DNA from: Takakia lepidozioides
Taxonomy: Eukaryota; Plantae; Bryophyta
Length of the DNA: 64,000 nt
Reading direction: 5' to 3'
Assembly (NCBI GenBank): GCA_030704615.1
Contig: CM060732.1
Coordinates: forward strand, 44,702,001-44,766,000
Shown here one piece after another: positions 25,715 to 38,203 of this stretch. A model generated the notes under the pieces. It saw only the letters and a list, made by a program, of their open reading frames with translations. It did no database searches and was not told where the DNA came from. The first letter of the stretch is position 1. Every line of letters starts with the position of its first letter. Both the position numbers and the translations under genes were made by a program.

Positions 25715-26032
25715 TCAGGACATCTGTCCTGAGGAGCTCATCTTATTTTTAGAGCAATTCCACGGGTCCTCGTGAACTCCTGATCGCCCACAGTGAGTAC
25801 CCAAGGCGGAACGCGTCAAGATCTTAGAATAAACCGGCAACATCCTATCCACGCAAGCCACCATCCTCTTCAATTGAATCTTCAGCTCTGAGACCTCAGC
25901 AGCGAGTTCCTCAACCTTCTTGTACACAGACTCGGATGGTACATCATCGGAGCTGAACAACCTAGATGGCACCAATCTTCGCAAACCCAAAGCATGAAAG
26001 CGCACTGAAATCTCCCGCATGGCCGCCATCAT
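25715..26032 (-). CDS. Unknown ORF/exon with a mitochondrial-presequence-like N-terminus and a coiled coil; possibly a gene remnant
   Basis: Splice acceptor ctgcAG|G directly before ATG. MMAAMREISVRFHALGLRRLVPSRLFSS is Arg/Ser/Leu-rich with an RLF|SS cleavage-like site, then VYKKVEELAAEVSELKIQLKRM. Confidence 0.35.
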   Translation of the reverse strand: MMAAMREISVRFHALGLRRLVPSRLFSSDDVPSESVYKKVEELAAEVSELKIQLKRMVACVDRMLPVYSKILTRSALGTHCGRSGVHEDPWNCSKNKMSSSGQMS

Positions 26033-26099
26033 CCTGCAGTTGCTTACACATGTCAATATGGAAAGTAGAAGTGGTGATTGAACATAGACCCCTACTCTC

Positions 26100-27820
26100 A
26101 ATCAAATTGCCAGCTGAACTGTGCTAAGTTCCTTGTCAAAGGTGAGGTGGTCTTATTGGGTGACTTCAATGCCCCACCATTGGGCCTTTTGGTGAGGATG
26201 AACTGAATTTCTAATGGAAGACGGTCAAATAAACTGTCCCAAAGAACTTTAACTTTCAACCTTGAATAATAGGTCAAAAGGAGACCTAATGCAATGGACC
26301 TGTAAAACCACCAACCTGTTCTTTATGCCCATTTAAGCTGACAAGCTGAATTCCATACACATCACAAGGGAATCTACCCATCTATCCTCAATTTCATGGA
26401 CCTACCAAACTGTAATATATTTTTGGAGCTTCATCATTTCAACACCCATTTTGAGCTGAAAGCCCAAACTGAGGAACCATCCTTGTGGATTACCAAGCTT
26501 AAGGGATACCGTGGTATCCATGATAAACCATTACGGCATGGTTTGATATTACGAACAGAACAGGTATCATAGTGGACAAGAGTTTGTTTCCCCACAGTGC
26601 CAGTGTGTTTGATTGACAGAACTGATATTAGTACCTCTGACCACATCTTGGTTTGGACTAAAGATCAAAACGTGTTTCCCCAACACCAAAAGATCTGTGA
26701 AATGTTTGATTCGGAAGTGGCACATACAAAAATTTCCAAAATGAAGAGGTCAAGGCTGAATATGTCCAGGCCTTGCAACAGGTTCTCCCTCAATTTGTCT
26801 ATTCGCTCCAAGACTGGCAGTGCAAGAAATGAAGTCAAAAGAGCTGTGGATTCTTGGGAGAGTTTCATCTCCTCTGTGGCTGACAAGATCATAGGGAGGA
26901 CACTAATTGTCTGCAGTAGAGCTATTGATTGGTGGACCAATGAGATCAAACTCAGCCGAGAGACGAGTCCTCTATAAAGACTGCCGCAATTTGAAAGTCA
27001 ACAAAACAAATTGTGGGCTAGGTACTACCAGATCCGCCAAGATAACAGTCAGCTTGTAAGGTTTCAGAAGAAAATATATACCGGGACAAGTTATACAATG
27101 AAATAAACTCAAATCGCCATGGTGGTAAAGACAAGGGATTCTGGTTGGCCCTTCGACGTCTATACTTGTCAGCATGTACAAGCGCTGAGGACTACTAAGG
27201 GTGGAGTGGTGACTTCAATGGTTGATACTGTCAAAACCTTTGAAACTCACTACAGTATCCTTGGTAGACATTCTAGCTCTAGCTGTGAGGGGTCTTTTGA
27301 AGAATGGAAGGACGCACTTGGAAAAAACTGTTCCCACGATTCAAGACAGCCCTGATGACCTGGAGTATATTTCAAAGGGTTACAATGCTCCCATTAGTTC
27401 TTCTAAGATTGTGGAAGCAATTGAGCATTTACACGGATATAGAGCTGGTGGACCTGATGGCATAGTCAACAAGCTAATCAAGCAGGGTGGCGGCCCCATC
27501 ATAGAGGCCCTTGTACTTCTCTTTAACCTTATCTGGAGGACTGACATGATCCCCTTTTGCGACAGGGGATCATTGTCAATCTACACAAGAAAGGGGAACT
27601 ATTAAGGCATCACGCTTCTCAATGCAGATATTTTGCAGAGATATAAGTACTCGTCTCGAGGTCGATCTGGAGTACTAGAGGTTGTTTCCACAAAGGCCGA
27701 GCTGGCTTTCTGAGAAACAGGGGCTGTGGGGATCTTCACTCTAAGCCAGATTATTCAGTGAAGGAAAAAAGAAGGGAAACCAACTTTTGTTTTTGTCTTA
27801 TGACACAGTGTGGGGAAGAC
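26100..27820 (+). mobile_element. Decayed LINE ORF2 (APE endonuclease + start of reverse transcriptase), truncated
   Basis: KGEVVLLGDFNA (~26140), DISTSDHILVW (~26625), WWTNEIK, AGGPDGIVNKLIKQGG, KKG..GITLLN and YDTVW (~27800-27815), in broken frames. Confidence 0.85.
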
Positions 27821-28420
27821 AACCTGAGTCAGTTGATTCGGGGAGGGCAGAGGGTTGGTGCTCAAACAACTTGTACTGGAGTTAACAAGAGATGGTCCAG
27901 CTACCTGCGAGACACCAAAGTCATGGCACACCTATGACAATGTCAAACAATACCCGATTTATCCTGCAGGAGTTATAAGTTGCTTGGAGAAGGGCATGGC
28001 TTTGGTGGACTCTACGAGATTTCAGGTCTCTAGGGGAAGAATAGGCAACAAATTGCACTTGTTCAAGTTCCTAATTTCACTTTCTCATAAACTGCACACC
28101 AAAGTACCTAAAAAGATATGTATGTCAGTGTATGCCGCAATCATAATCTACACAAAACCAAGACAACAACAATGCAGATTCCATTTCAGAAATGTCTTTT
28201 GCCTACTTCTACACATCAGGTCTAATCCGCAGGGATGGTGGTAAGAACAGCAAGCATCCTTTGATTCATTCTATGATTCATATCTAGTTGTGGAAGAAAG
28301 AACGAAAGAAGCCCACATACAGAGACAGAAAAACACAGCCACAGTAGAGATTGTGGGCAGGACACAATGCGAGTCAGAAAATGGACGGGAAGATATCTTT
28401 TACAAAACAGAGAGACGTGC

Positions 28421-28600
28421 GTTGCGGAAAGAAAGTGGATGAAGATCTTGGCGCTTTCAGAGAAGGCAAGAAGAGCGTCCTTATTCACAGGAATATCCTT
28501 CTCTCCTCCCAGTGCGCACGGGCGAGCTCCGCAAGCTTCCCTTTCACAATTCTCTTCACATTGGCCTGCGGTAGGTCTCACTCTCTGGCCCTGCTGCCAT
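28421..28600 (-). pseudogene. NF-YB11/DPB4-like exon 1 with two frameshifts and a GC donor
   Basis: MAAGPES/DLPQANVKRIVKGKLAELARA/LGGEKDIPVNKDALLAFSESAKIFIHFLSAT read in three successive frames (single-base losses near 28577 and 28513). It ends in phase 2 (AC|GCACGT), matching the phase-2 start of exon 2 at 2127 on the opposite strand. Confidence 0.85.
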
Positions 28601-29619
28601 CCCTCCCCCCCTCTTCTCTCCCTCTTAGCGAGACAATTTATACTAGGAACACAGACACGCACACGCACCAGACGCAACACAAAGGGGGCTCCGACCAAAC
28701 GAGGGTATTGCAAGGCGGAAGATGTTCGAACCGAGAAAAGACAAGGAAATGAAAACGGGGATTGTATGCAATCCTACGGTTCAAAAGGGCGGACTGCAGG
28801 CACAACAAAGGCCAGCACGGCAAGGTCGGCAGAAATGCTCCATAGGATAGAACGAGAGAATAAAATAAGAAATCTTAGACATTTCAATTGTTGCGACTAT
28901 ACCCTCATGAAAACACCACGGACCACAAACCCCGAGCAAAATAACACACATGTAGTCGGAACGAAAACCGCTAGGGTAACCCCAGAAGCCTTAAGGACAG
29001 GACAAGGAAGTAAAGAAAAATAGCGTTAACAGTACAACACATATCGTCCGAGAATATGCACTCGAGGAAACTGACGCAGCGAAGTGCAAGCACCAAGCAG
29101 ATGACGAACAATTGTGTAAAGGAAGAAAAAAGTATGAAGCAAGGTAAGAAAGCATATGACTAGATCGAAACACATACCTTGCTGATCACAGGTTGCAGAA
29201 TCACTATGAGGTATTCGTGCTCCTCTCAACTCACGTCGCGAAGACTCGGACTCGCGAGGGTTTGCCAGCATGCCCTTCTCCTCCAACCAGCAATACATGG
29301 ATGAATGAATGCATCCGAGGAGATGGATGACCTTCGGGGAATCTCAAGATTGGAAGATGCTTTTTGAACAGAAAAATAACAGAATGTTGAATTAAATTAA
29401 AAGGAAACTTAATTTGAATTTTGTGTCTTCGCAACTGTTCTGTCGCAATTACCTTCATAGAGGTATATTAGTGTGTATTTCACTGACAACAACATCAAGA
29501 CGAGACTCCGCTGTAAGCCTCCACGGCCTCCTGTTGTGATGGGTTGTGCTTGGTATACAATTTGAAATGGGACTGACCATTGCTTGTAATTGCAACACCT
29601 TTGTTCGACATTCACTTAA

Positions 29620-30836
29620 CCCTCAAGTGTCAAAACTCATTTTCACCCTCTCGTGGAAAAACATGACTCTGGCCCACAATTTTTTTTTTATCTAGAGAAT
29701 CTCTGTGTCCCTGTAAAACTGACCGTTGGAATTACTTCCCACCTACCCCACCTCCTACCACAAAAAGTTTCACCAAAATCCAACTGCCAGATCTGAAGAT
29801 TATAAAGTATAGAGTGGGGACAAAAAAAAATCTCCACTAAGAACTAGGTGCCAAAAAAAGCAGTTTTTTGCTCGTATTTGGGCATTTTTAATTTTTTCTG
29901 TTTGAGAGTCTCAAGAATGTTGCTCCATACCTGATAACACACATTCTCATAAAATTTCAGTTTTTTCTGAAATGTTCTCAAGTGGGCTCCTTTGTAGTGA
30001 CAAATTGGGGGGTCAAAATATGCCATTTTCTTTGGGCAGGCCAAAATCTCTCTTCCTAAAATTATACAAAAAAAATCAGCCGCCGGTCAATCCCTAACCC
30101 TCCGGTTGAAATGTCATGGGCTTCCATATGAAATCCCCGAAAAACTTTGAGGCCAATCAGCCAATGCACCGCATCCTTAGGTTCCCGGCCCAAGACTTCA
30201 AATGGCACACCTTTGGTATAGCCTGCAGGCCTAGGATATTTGGAGCCGTAGCCCAGAAGGGCGCGGGGTTTGGGAGCTCCTCTGGCTACCCGGCCCTGCT
30301 TTCATGGGGGGCCACTCCACCCTCAAACCCTCTCAAACCCCCGCCCTAGGTTTGATCCCTCGTGGCGTTTTTCTCGAGCCCCGAGCTCTGCCGCCATCAC
30401 GGCTGCACTCCCTCCAGGGCGCCCTGCATGGCGTTAGCCGGAGCTGCCATCACCGTGGATTCAGGCTAGGGCCCAGGCCTGGAATGCCCAGACCTGCACC
30501 GGGCGCCATGTCCCTGTCGGGCAATCAAGGGGTTTGGGGGAGCGTGCCGCCCTAACCTTTATGGGGTATCTTTCAGTCACCCTAACCTGACCGCAGTTGC
30601 CATGTCAGCAACTTGGGCAGGTTAGGGGGGCCAAATTGGCCTCAAAAAGCTCCCTTTCAATTGGCCCAGACCCATACACCTTCAGGCATTGACCAATTGG
30701 CCAATGCCATATGAAGGGGGACCCGATTATCTGTCGATTGAGGAAAAAAAAAGGCCAATCAGCCTTAACCACAGGAAGTTATGGCTGGTTAAAGAAACCT
30801 AACCGACCCAAAACGGGTCGGTTTGACACTTAAGGG
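29620..30836. mobile_element. Non-autonomous piggyBac-type DNA transposon (1217 bp)
   Basis: TTAA at 29616-29619 and 30837-30840; TIRs CCCTCAAGTGTCAAA and TTTGACACTTAAGGG (14/15 match); subterminal hairpin ccgaccc-aaaac-gggtcgg; no transposase ORF. Confidence 0.8.
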
Positions 30837-32459
30837 TTAAGTTTCAATGGTTTTAACATGAACCTGCGGCATTAGAGACAGGATCATTCATCATGTGAGG
30901 TGCTAAATAACATGTCCTTAGCACACAGTTGCCAACTCTTATGCAATACAGACATTCTCTTTCTGCAAATGCAGTCCTTCATCTAAATTGGTACAAAAAA
31001 TACCGGCAGTACAAGTTTTGGGCTGAAAGTTTCAAGCACTACCTTCCCAGGCATTTTAAGGATCATTTTTTTGGGTACCCACAGTACATGCGGTGGCAAT
31101 AAAAACAGGCTTGTACACTTTCCTGCACTTGTCTGTACTTCTACTTATCTTCCTCACTTTCTTGCCGGGCTTGCGAGTTTCACCAACCAAGTGGTAGTCA
31201 CTCAGATGGGTCAACACTCTTACACTAAACCTGATGTAAGATCAGCTGAAAACCCTGTAACAACCTACCACCAACCCCCTGTCAAAGACAGAGAAGCCAC
31301 AATGAAGCACATCCATCATGAGTGCCTTCACAGCTTTAGGCCAAGTGAAACTCTTTGCTCCCTCCAGACTGTGACCGCTGGACCATGGAAATTGCAACAT
31401 ATAAGGGAAGTAAACCTTGGGTTCAAGTGCCAAGAACGGAGCTGACAGTGGCTCAATTTGATCTTCACGATGCCCACTCTGGGTTCCAAATTTTGCAGAA
31501 TTTTTGCATTCCTTTCTGATTAGACTAATTTAAACAGAGGCAGCCACGTAGTCGTACAGCCATATCCAGAAGAAAGGTGGATAAAATATTCGACAGTTGA
31601 AACCACTGCTTACTGTACACAACAGCTGTACCTAACAAGTAATTTGTCATGCTGCACATGCGTGCCGCACTGCACCATCCTGGACCTCGCCACCGCTGCA
31701 AATTACACTCACTGTGTGATGTAAGTTGAAAACACCACACCAAGTTCAACCATATAATGGACTCTTGCCCTCCGTTGTAAAAACAAAACAGTTCAACAAA
31801 GAAGGAATTGCAACATGAGATAGGAAAAAAGACACAAGATCATGATGCTGACTTGAAATTAGATGTTTACCAGTGTGCTCTGTTGTTGGAGTAATGCTGA
31901 TGTGACCATCTTGCAAGTGCATCTGACCCCCATGCATACAACATGAACCCCCTGTTTTTTATGCATTCACACAACTGCTGAGGCTTCGAGCATGATACAA
32001 ATGGACGCTGACAACCTTCTCTTCTACCCTACCCACCTGGCAGGAAACATTGCTCTGCTTTGAACCCCAACCTGCACTCAGCAGGTTGGCAGGATAAAAT
32101 TGCCAGTCTCAGACTATGACCTGAAAAAAATACGTTTTGGACTCTGTAAAAAAGCGAAAGTTCAACGCCTGTCATAAAGTTCTGATACCTAATGTCTTAA
32201 GTATGCCTGACACGTAGGTCAGGAAAATGTGAACTGGCATCAGGAACCTGTAGCAGAGCTGCACTGTAAGCCCACTACTAGGAATAAGTGAGGAGCAATA
32301 ATGAGTTAGAATAACTGCAGTAGTGGGGGTATTTCCAGGTTAAGTATATGGATCAGTGGAAGAGGCACCACAATACCAGAAACACACAAGAACAAGTAAG
32401 CCTTCAAAATGTGAATCTTAGAAAAACCATACCTGAGAAAACAGAAACCTTCAAGCAAA

Positions 32460-35400
32460 TCATTCACTTCGAGAATCATCACTGTTCTCCCCTTCAGAAG
32501 CTCCCATAGCAGCACTGTCAGTTTTCTTAGCCTCCCAAATATCCTTAGTGCTTCTGCCAGCCCCTAATAGGTTATCATTGGCTGGTCCATTGCTAGTAAG
32601 CTCAGTAATGCCTGCTGCACTTGACCACTGTCTGTCCCCGGCTCCACTTGCTGCAGATTGTGGGCCTCCTGGAGAACCAGAATTATTTGTAGTGGATATG
32701 GCAGTGGCCAAGGAGATTGGCATGAGACAGAGGCCCTTGCTCTGTAGATACTGCATAGCTGACCCCATGTCATCCTCCATCAAGCGTGCCACTTGGCGCT
32801 CTGTCAGTGCAAGACCATCTTGCACTGGGCCTGCTGCCCCAGCAGAGCGGCTTATTGTTGCTCCCGCATAGTTATTCTGGCCCTGTGTGCCATCAACCAA
32901 TTCATCCATAAATACTGTACCAATCCAGCCTACACTGTACATGCAAGCTGTCACAGTTTGCAGCCAATGGACTTATATATGTATATTCTACGGTCTCCCA
33001 CAAACAAGGGTCGGTTTTTCAAGCCCAAAACTCAAAGAAAATACCTGCTCAGAATTCTGCTGTAATAGAAGGAAGCCCTAGCCAAGCCAACTGAAAATCT
33101 GGAAAACAACAGCCAGAATTAGCAAAAAAGATACCTCAGAAGCGAGGTCAGTCACAAGTGAGGACGCAGCACCGGCACCTCCAAGACGACTCATGCTCAG
33201 AACCTGCCCCCCCAAGCCCCAATGTTAGCTCCACCGTCATTTTCCAAAACAGCGCCACCAAAGTATTGATGCTGTACTGAACAGTGCAAGAAAGGACTTG
33301 CGGCCCACCCAGGTGGCACTACATTTCATAATGAATTCAGACCACCAGGTGCTCTGAACAGCTAATATTTATTTCAGGACCATCAGCCTCAAACAATGAG
33401 ATTTCCAAATAAACACAGCAAAGAACCTGACCTTCACTTGAATTTGCAGAAACTTTAGATACTCTATGATCTCATCCAGCATTGATGCCTTGTCTGTCTG
33501 CAGCTCAATCACCGTCCAAAAAGTTTAGTTGGAAATAGGACCAAAACTTGCCAGCATACTAGATAGTGACAGAAGGCTTTCTTCTGACAATTAGACCAAT
33601 TTTAACTGCCTCTGACTTTCATTGGTACTATGTTGAACCACTTGACCAGTTTGCACACCTAGGCCTGAGATCTGTGGTCAGATTGATTGAAGTACATGTG
33701 CTGAGGATAAAGGCCTTTTCAATGTGGTCTGAGGACAAAATCCAATTTCATCTACAAAGATTAGTACCATAATTGGGGTGAACTGTCAGCACCTCCAGTT
33801 GCCATCATTTTACTCCCCTAACCTCTCATCAGATCTATGGTCATGATCGAAGCTTGGGTTTGCAATGGAGTATTGTGCTTTGCCAAAATGATGAAGTATC
33901 TGAGCATTATGTTGAGTATGTGTCTTAGCATTTGACCAGAAAGTGGGCACTATTCTTACTATATTTCTGCAACTGAGAGCAAGGAAATCAGCTCTTGTTT
34001 ATGTGCAAGGACCAAAACTGTGGGAGCCTTTACCCACTAATTCAGACATACGCCTGCTGTGATTTTGTCCATGAATGGATGTGATGGGAGGGAAAGAAAT
34101 AGCTACAGTACAAGTCGTGGAAATGCTGGCCATTAGGTGGCTAATGAATAAGTCTGTTCATTCTGAAGGGGGCGAAAGCATGCGCACCGTTCCGCAGCAA
34201 CCATGATCTACAGGTCCAAATTTGACCTCAGAAATTGCATACTGCCCTGCAGAAGAGCTGACATAAACGCATCCATGTGGTTTCATGTTACTGGCAGATG
34301 CATGGAGAAAGAGAAGGACCATATGGTGAAGAGAGATACAATTGAGCACCTTGTTGGAGTTGGGAACAAGCTCTTGCAGTGCTTTCAGGCGCTCAGCAAT
34401 GCGTTCTCTGCGCAGCTGCCATCCACCATAAGAGTGCTTCCGAAATTTAGTCTCTCATTCAAGCTCTCAATGTCAACCAGTAGTACTCATTGCCTATTCA
34501 CAGCTGACTCAAGAAGCTTTGCCACTGTTTAAGGCCTACAGACAAACACATGCGTGCAAGTGCCATGATCACTGCTCCAAACACAAGGTAGTGCAGGCTG
34601 CCTAACTAATTGAACCAGTTGTAGTCTGCAGATTACATTGGCAATGAACTGGGTTTAAAACCCTGCTTTGATGAGGCAAACCTTGGAGCAAAGAAGTCAT
34701 GCCCAAGTTCCTCTTCATTTAACCTCACACCTTTGACAGGACAGAACCCTACCTGGGCTCATTGCAGGGCACATAGGAAAATTGACTAACCCGCTCTGCA
34801 ATACTATGTGGATCAGTCGCCTGGCCCCGACGAGCTCGCACGCGAGGTCTTACACCTCCTCCAATCCCTGCATGTGGCTTCATACCTCCTTCCTGCCCTC
34901 CAAACCCTTGCCTTGGTTGTACTACTGTATGCCCATTACCCTGCATTCAGCCAAAAAAACAACTCTCTGAGCATTAAATCACGCTATGTTTACAGGTCTT
35001 GAAAAAAAATATAAACATGATGCTGCAGGAGAAGCCTTACTGGACTGTTTATGGCGGCTTCCTTGCAGCCAGGTGCAGCACAACACCTGGATATTACTAG
35101 TCACCCTTCCCATAGCTTACTGCTCTAGTTTCCATGCACTGATAATTACAATACGAGAAAAAGGGTGCAGCAGGGTGGCCTCGAGGAGGGCTGGTTGTTG
35201 AATGCTAAAGGTCCCAGATAGTCCTCGATAGCCATATCATGCCTTGCATCGGGCCATAACCTCTGTAGACCAATGCACAGGGATGGCACGTTCCTACCCT
35301 ACCTCAACAATTTGGACGGTCTTCAGCTCATCTTCGAGCGAATTTTCGTGGAATGGTCCAACTTCTTATATGCGACACAGAAAGCTAGCGTGTGTGCAAC

Positions 35401-36407
35401 GGAGTACTAAACTGAATTCACACAGGGATTTCCACAGTACAGGAAGCTGCAATGTGCTGCGCAACTGATGGACAGCCATATGGTGTGTTTGAAGTGCTAA
35501 ACAAGCACTGGAAACACTCCTTGAGGATCGAATGAAATCCCCCGGTGAAGAAGAGTTGCTTGATTCGAGGAATCCAGAAGCAACCATGTCATTAGGCACG
35601 TACAAAATTTCCAACGCGGTTATCTCGTATATATAATTCTTCCTCATCCCTGTGGCCTCTACCAAGAAGATGTGGGTCAAAACCGGAGTTGCTTTCTCCA
35701 TCAGGCCAAAGAGTTTCTGCCTTTGCTTGAACTCTAGCCATTGGCAAAGGCTGCACGCCACTCAGATATGGTCGTACCTTGGGACCCCCAGATTCCTCGC
35801 TACCACTGCTCCCCACTGATTGTGACCGTGTCAGTGATGCACTCAACTGCAAGCTGGATCCGATTGCTGCCCCTTCTACCATGTTGCGGGGCCGGCCCAC
35901 ATCTTGAGAGCCGCCCTCACCGCCACAGGACTCGGCACGCAAGTCACCTGGGGTAGCGGGATTTTGCTGCATGGCCGAGCGCTGCTGATGCAGGCGTGCC
36001 ACCAGCAATGCGTCGACGGTGGGGTTGTGCGCACTGTCCCCAACCCGAGCAGAGGCATTGGCCTCCTCTCGGTCTCCTGCAGGTCCGGCCAGGCCCTGGC
36101 TGCCCAATGCCCCACCAAGCAATCCAGGTGGCATCAGCGACATGGTGAATAGCTTTTGCGCTGTACCCATGGAGTCGACTTGCATCGATGTGGCTCCGCC
36201 AGCATTGTAGTCCCAGGGAATCCTCCCTATGCCCCCCATTTCGGACCAGGAGGGCATTGACAGCATATGGTCCAGGAGCTCGTCCATTACGGGCTGCTGC
36301 TGCTCGGATTGCTCAAAGTGCAAGGAGTGATGGTGTGGCTGCGGTTGTGGGTGTTGCAGCGCAGCCGGCTGGTTGAGCAATCCCGGGTCATTACCACTTA
36401 CACCCAT
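32460..36407 (-). CDS. LRL: bHLH transcription factor, LRL (subfamily XI) type
   Basis: Exons 36407-35604, 34940-34791, 34415-34350, 33497-33432, 33203-33135 and 32882-32460. [73 protein letters not shown], plus the LRL domain ERQVARLMEDDMGSAMQYLQSKGLCLMPISLATAIS. Confidence 0.93.
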
Positions 36408-37842
36408 CGCTGCAGGCCTGAGCTGAGATGAGCAGGAGGAAGCAGCAAGAGCTTGAGAGCAGCCTCAACACTCCGCTCCTAGAGCACAATCCCCATCTCT
36501 CGCTCACTTGAGATCGGTGCCCACAGAAGGGCTGTCAAATCCGCATTCCCCTCCGTGAAGAGAAACGGAAGAAGAAGATCGATAAGCTGAACCCGCAATC
36601 TGTTATAAATTGTCAGGTAGCAGAATGTATAGAGAAAGTGTGGGCATTTATTGCACCGACAGAGCAACGTGCAGCAGTGCCATGTTGGGCACTGAATCTA
36701 GCTCCTCGCACAGATTGGTGACCTGCCCAACAACAGGCGTGTTGCACAAGGTCCTTGCCTCTATAAAGGCCCCTCGTAACCAGCTCTCGTAAATGAGAAA
36801 TATGAAATGGTCATCCTCAAAACCTGGGCGGGTGAACGTATGCTGGTCCTGGTACCTCCTATTGACCAGGAAACGGAATTCTGCTGCATCTTCTTTTCAC
36901 AATCTGTCGGTGTCTCCCTCCGGAGGTGTAAGGAACTTGGGAGTCAGAATTTCTGGTTGGATTTTGGTTCCCTTTTTTAATCTCATTGAGGGATGCAAGG
37001 ATTCCCTGGGATCGGATGGGCAAATATAAACTTAACAAGCCCTGTGGTGAGATCTGAAGATGTGGGCATTGGGAATTATGCATTGAGTGAGAGGAAGAAG
37101 AGTCAACAGCAGGGGGTTTGATGTTTTGCAGAGTCTTGTTTACTAAACACGTTTTGTTTTACTTTAACATGTTGGATGACTAACATATCACATTGAAAAG
37201 AAGAAAGTTCACCAAATCAAAGATGCTGATACTTGAGTTCTAGCAGAAAAACCAATACAAAAATGTAGGCGAGTGTGTGCCTGCATCAACTAAGAATTCA
37301 AGGCCATTTGATTTCCACATAGAGACTTGTCATGTGAGAGGTAGCATTGTTGAACCCTTTTTAACATCTCAACGTCTAAGGAGCTGCAGGACCAGTATAC
37401 CACCCTTACACCCCACCAGAATAAGTGCAATCTATTCAGTAGTGCTTCTGTTCCACACAGAAAACAATATGTCCATGAAGCATTCTGTTTGAGAACTCAT
37501 CATTTTCCATATGGGTTCACTACCCACCTGTGATTCTGCTCTATTCATAGTGTTAGTAATGAACTTAGAACCTCAAAAGCTCGTGGCAAGTACTAAGGAG
37601 TCCTAATGCATACTAAGGAGTACTCAATAATCCCGAGTCAATAAAAAGAAAATCGCCCCTGAATACCCAGTGTTACTCCTTCTTTTGGGACCATGTGCAG
37701 CTCAAAGAAAGTGCAAAACTGATTGTGGCATGCTATGAACCCACCATTTCTTTCAACTTTACTCATGTACAAAACTACTGTTGAAGTTATGCTCTTTCTT
37801 CATGTTTGAAGCGGCACACTCTCCTTCGTGCTTTTGTTTGTC

Positions 37843-38203
37843 TCACCAATAATTCCCACAAGAATAAACCCTGGTGGAAGCAGTTGGCATGAGCTCGCCC
37901 AACAATCTTCAAGATAACTTAGTGGCCTTGTGGCAGTCACCACACACACTAAGGTTCTTGACAATGCGTATAGGTGTCCCAGCTTGTGTGCTCAAGAGCC
38001 CAAAAGCAATTGCCAATTTCTCACTATGGTGGCAAGAGAAATTTGGTACCTCCTCCACTTCATGCAGTACAAAGCATGTGTCAGGCAAGTGCCCACTGCC
38101 CAGCCTCTTCCATCCTCCCAGACAATCTCTTCTGTTCAGCCCATTCCACAATTTGTGGATGCAATTTGTCTTCGGGAATGAATGTGTGCACCAGTTGTCC
38201 ACC
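37843..38203 (-). pseudogene. Decayed E+/DYW domain of the left PPR gene
   Basis: HHSEKLAIAFGLLST...IVKNLSVCGDCHKATK and terminal SCGNYW*, interrupted by several deletions and frameshifts. Confidence 0.88.

Noticed and set aside
30080-30810. Scattered CCCTAA/TTAGGG motifs as interstitial telomeric repeats
   Set aside because: Isolated single motifs inside the piggyBac-type element, not tandem arrays.
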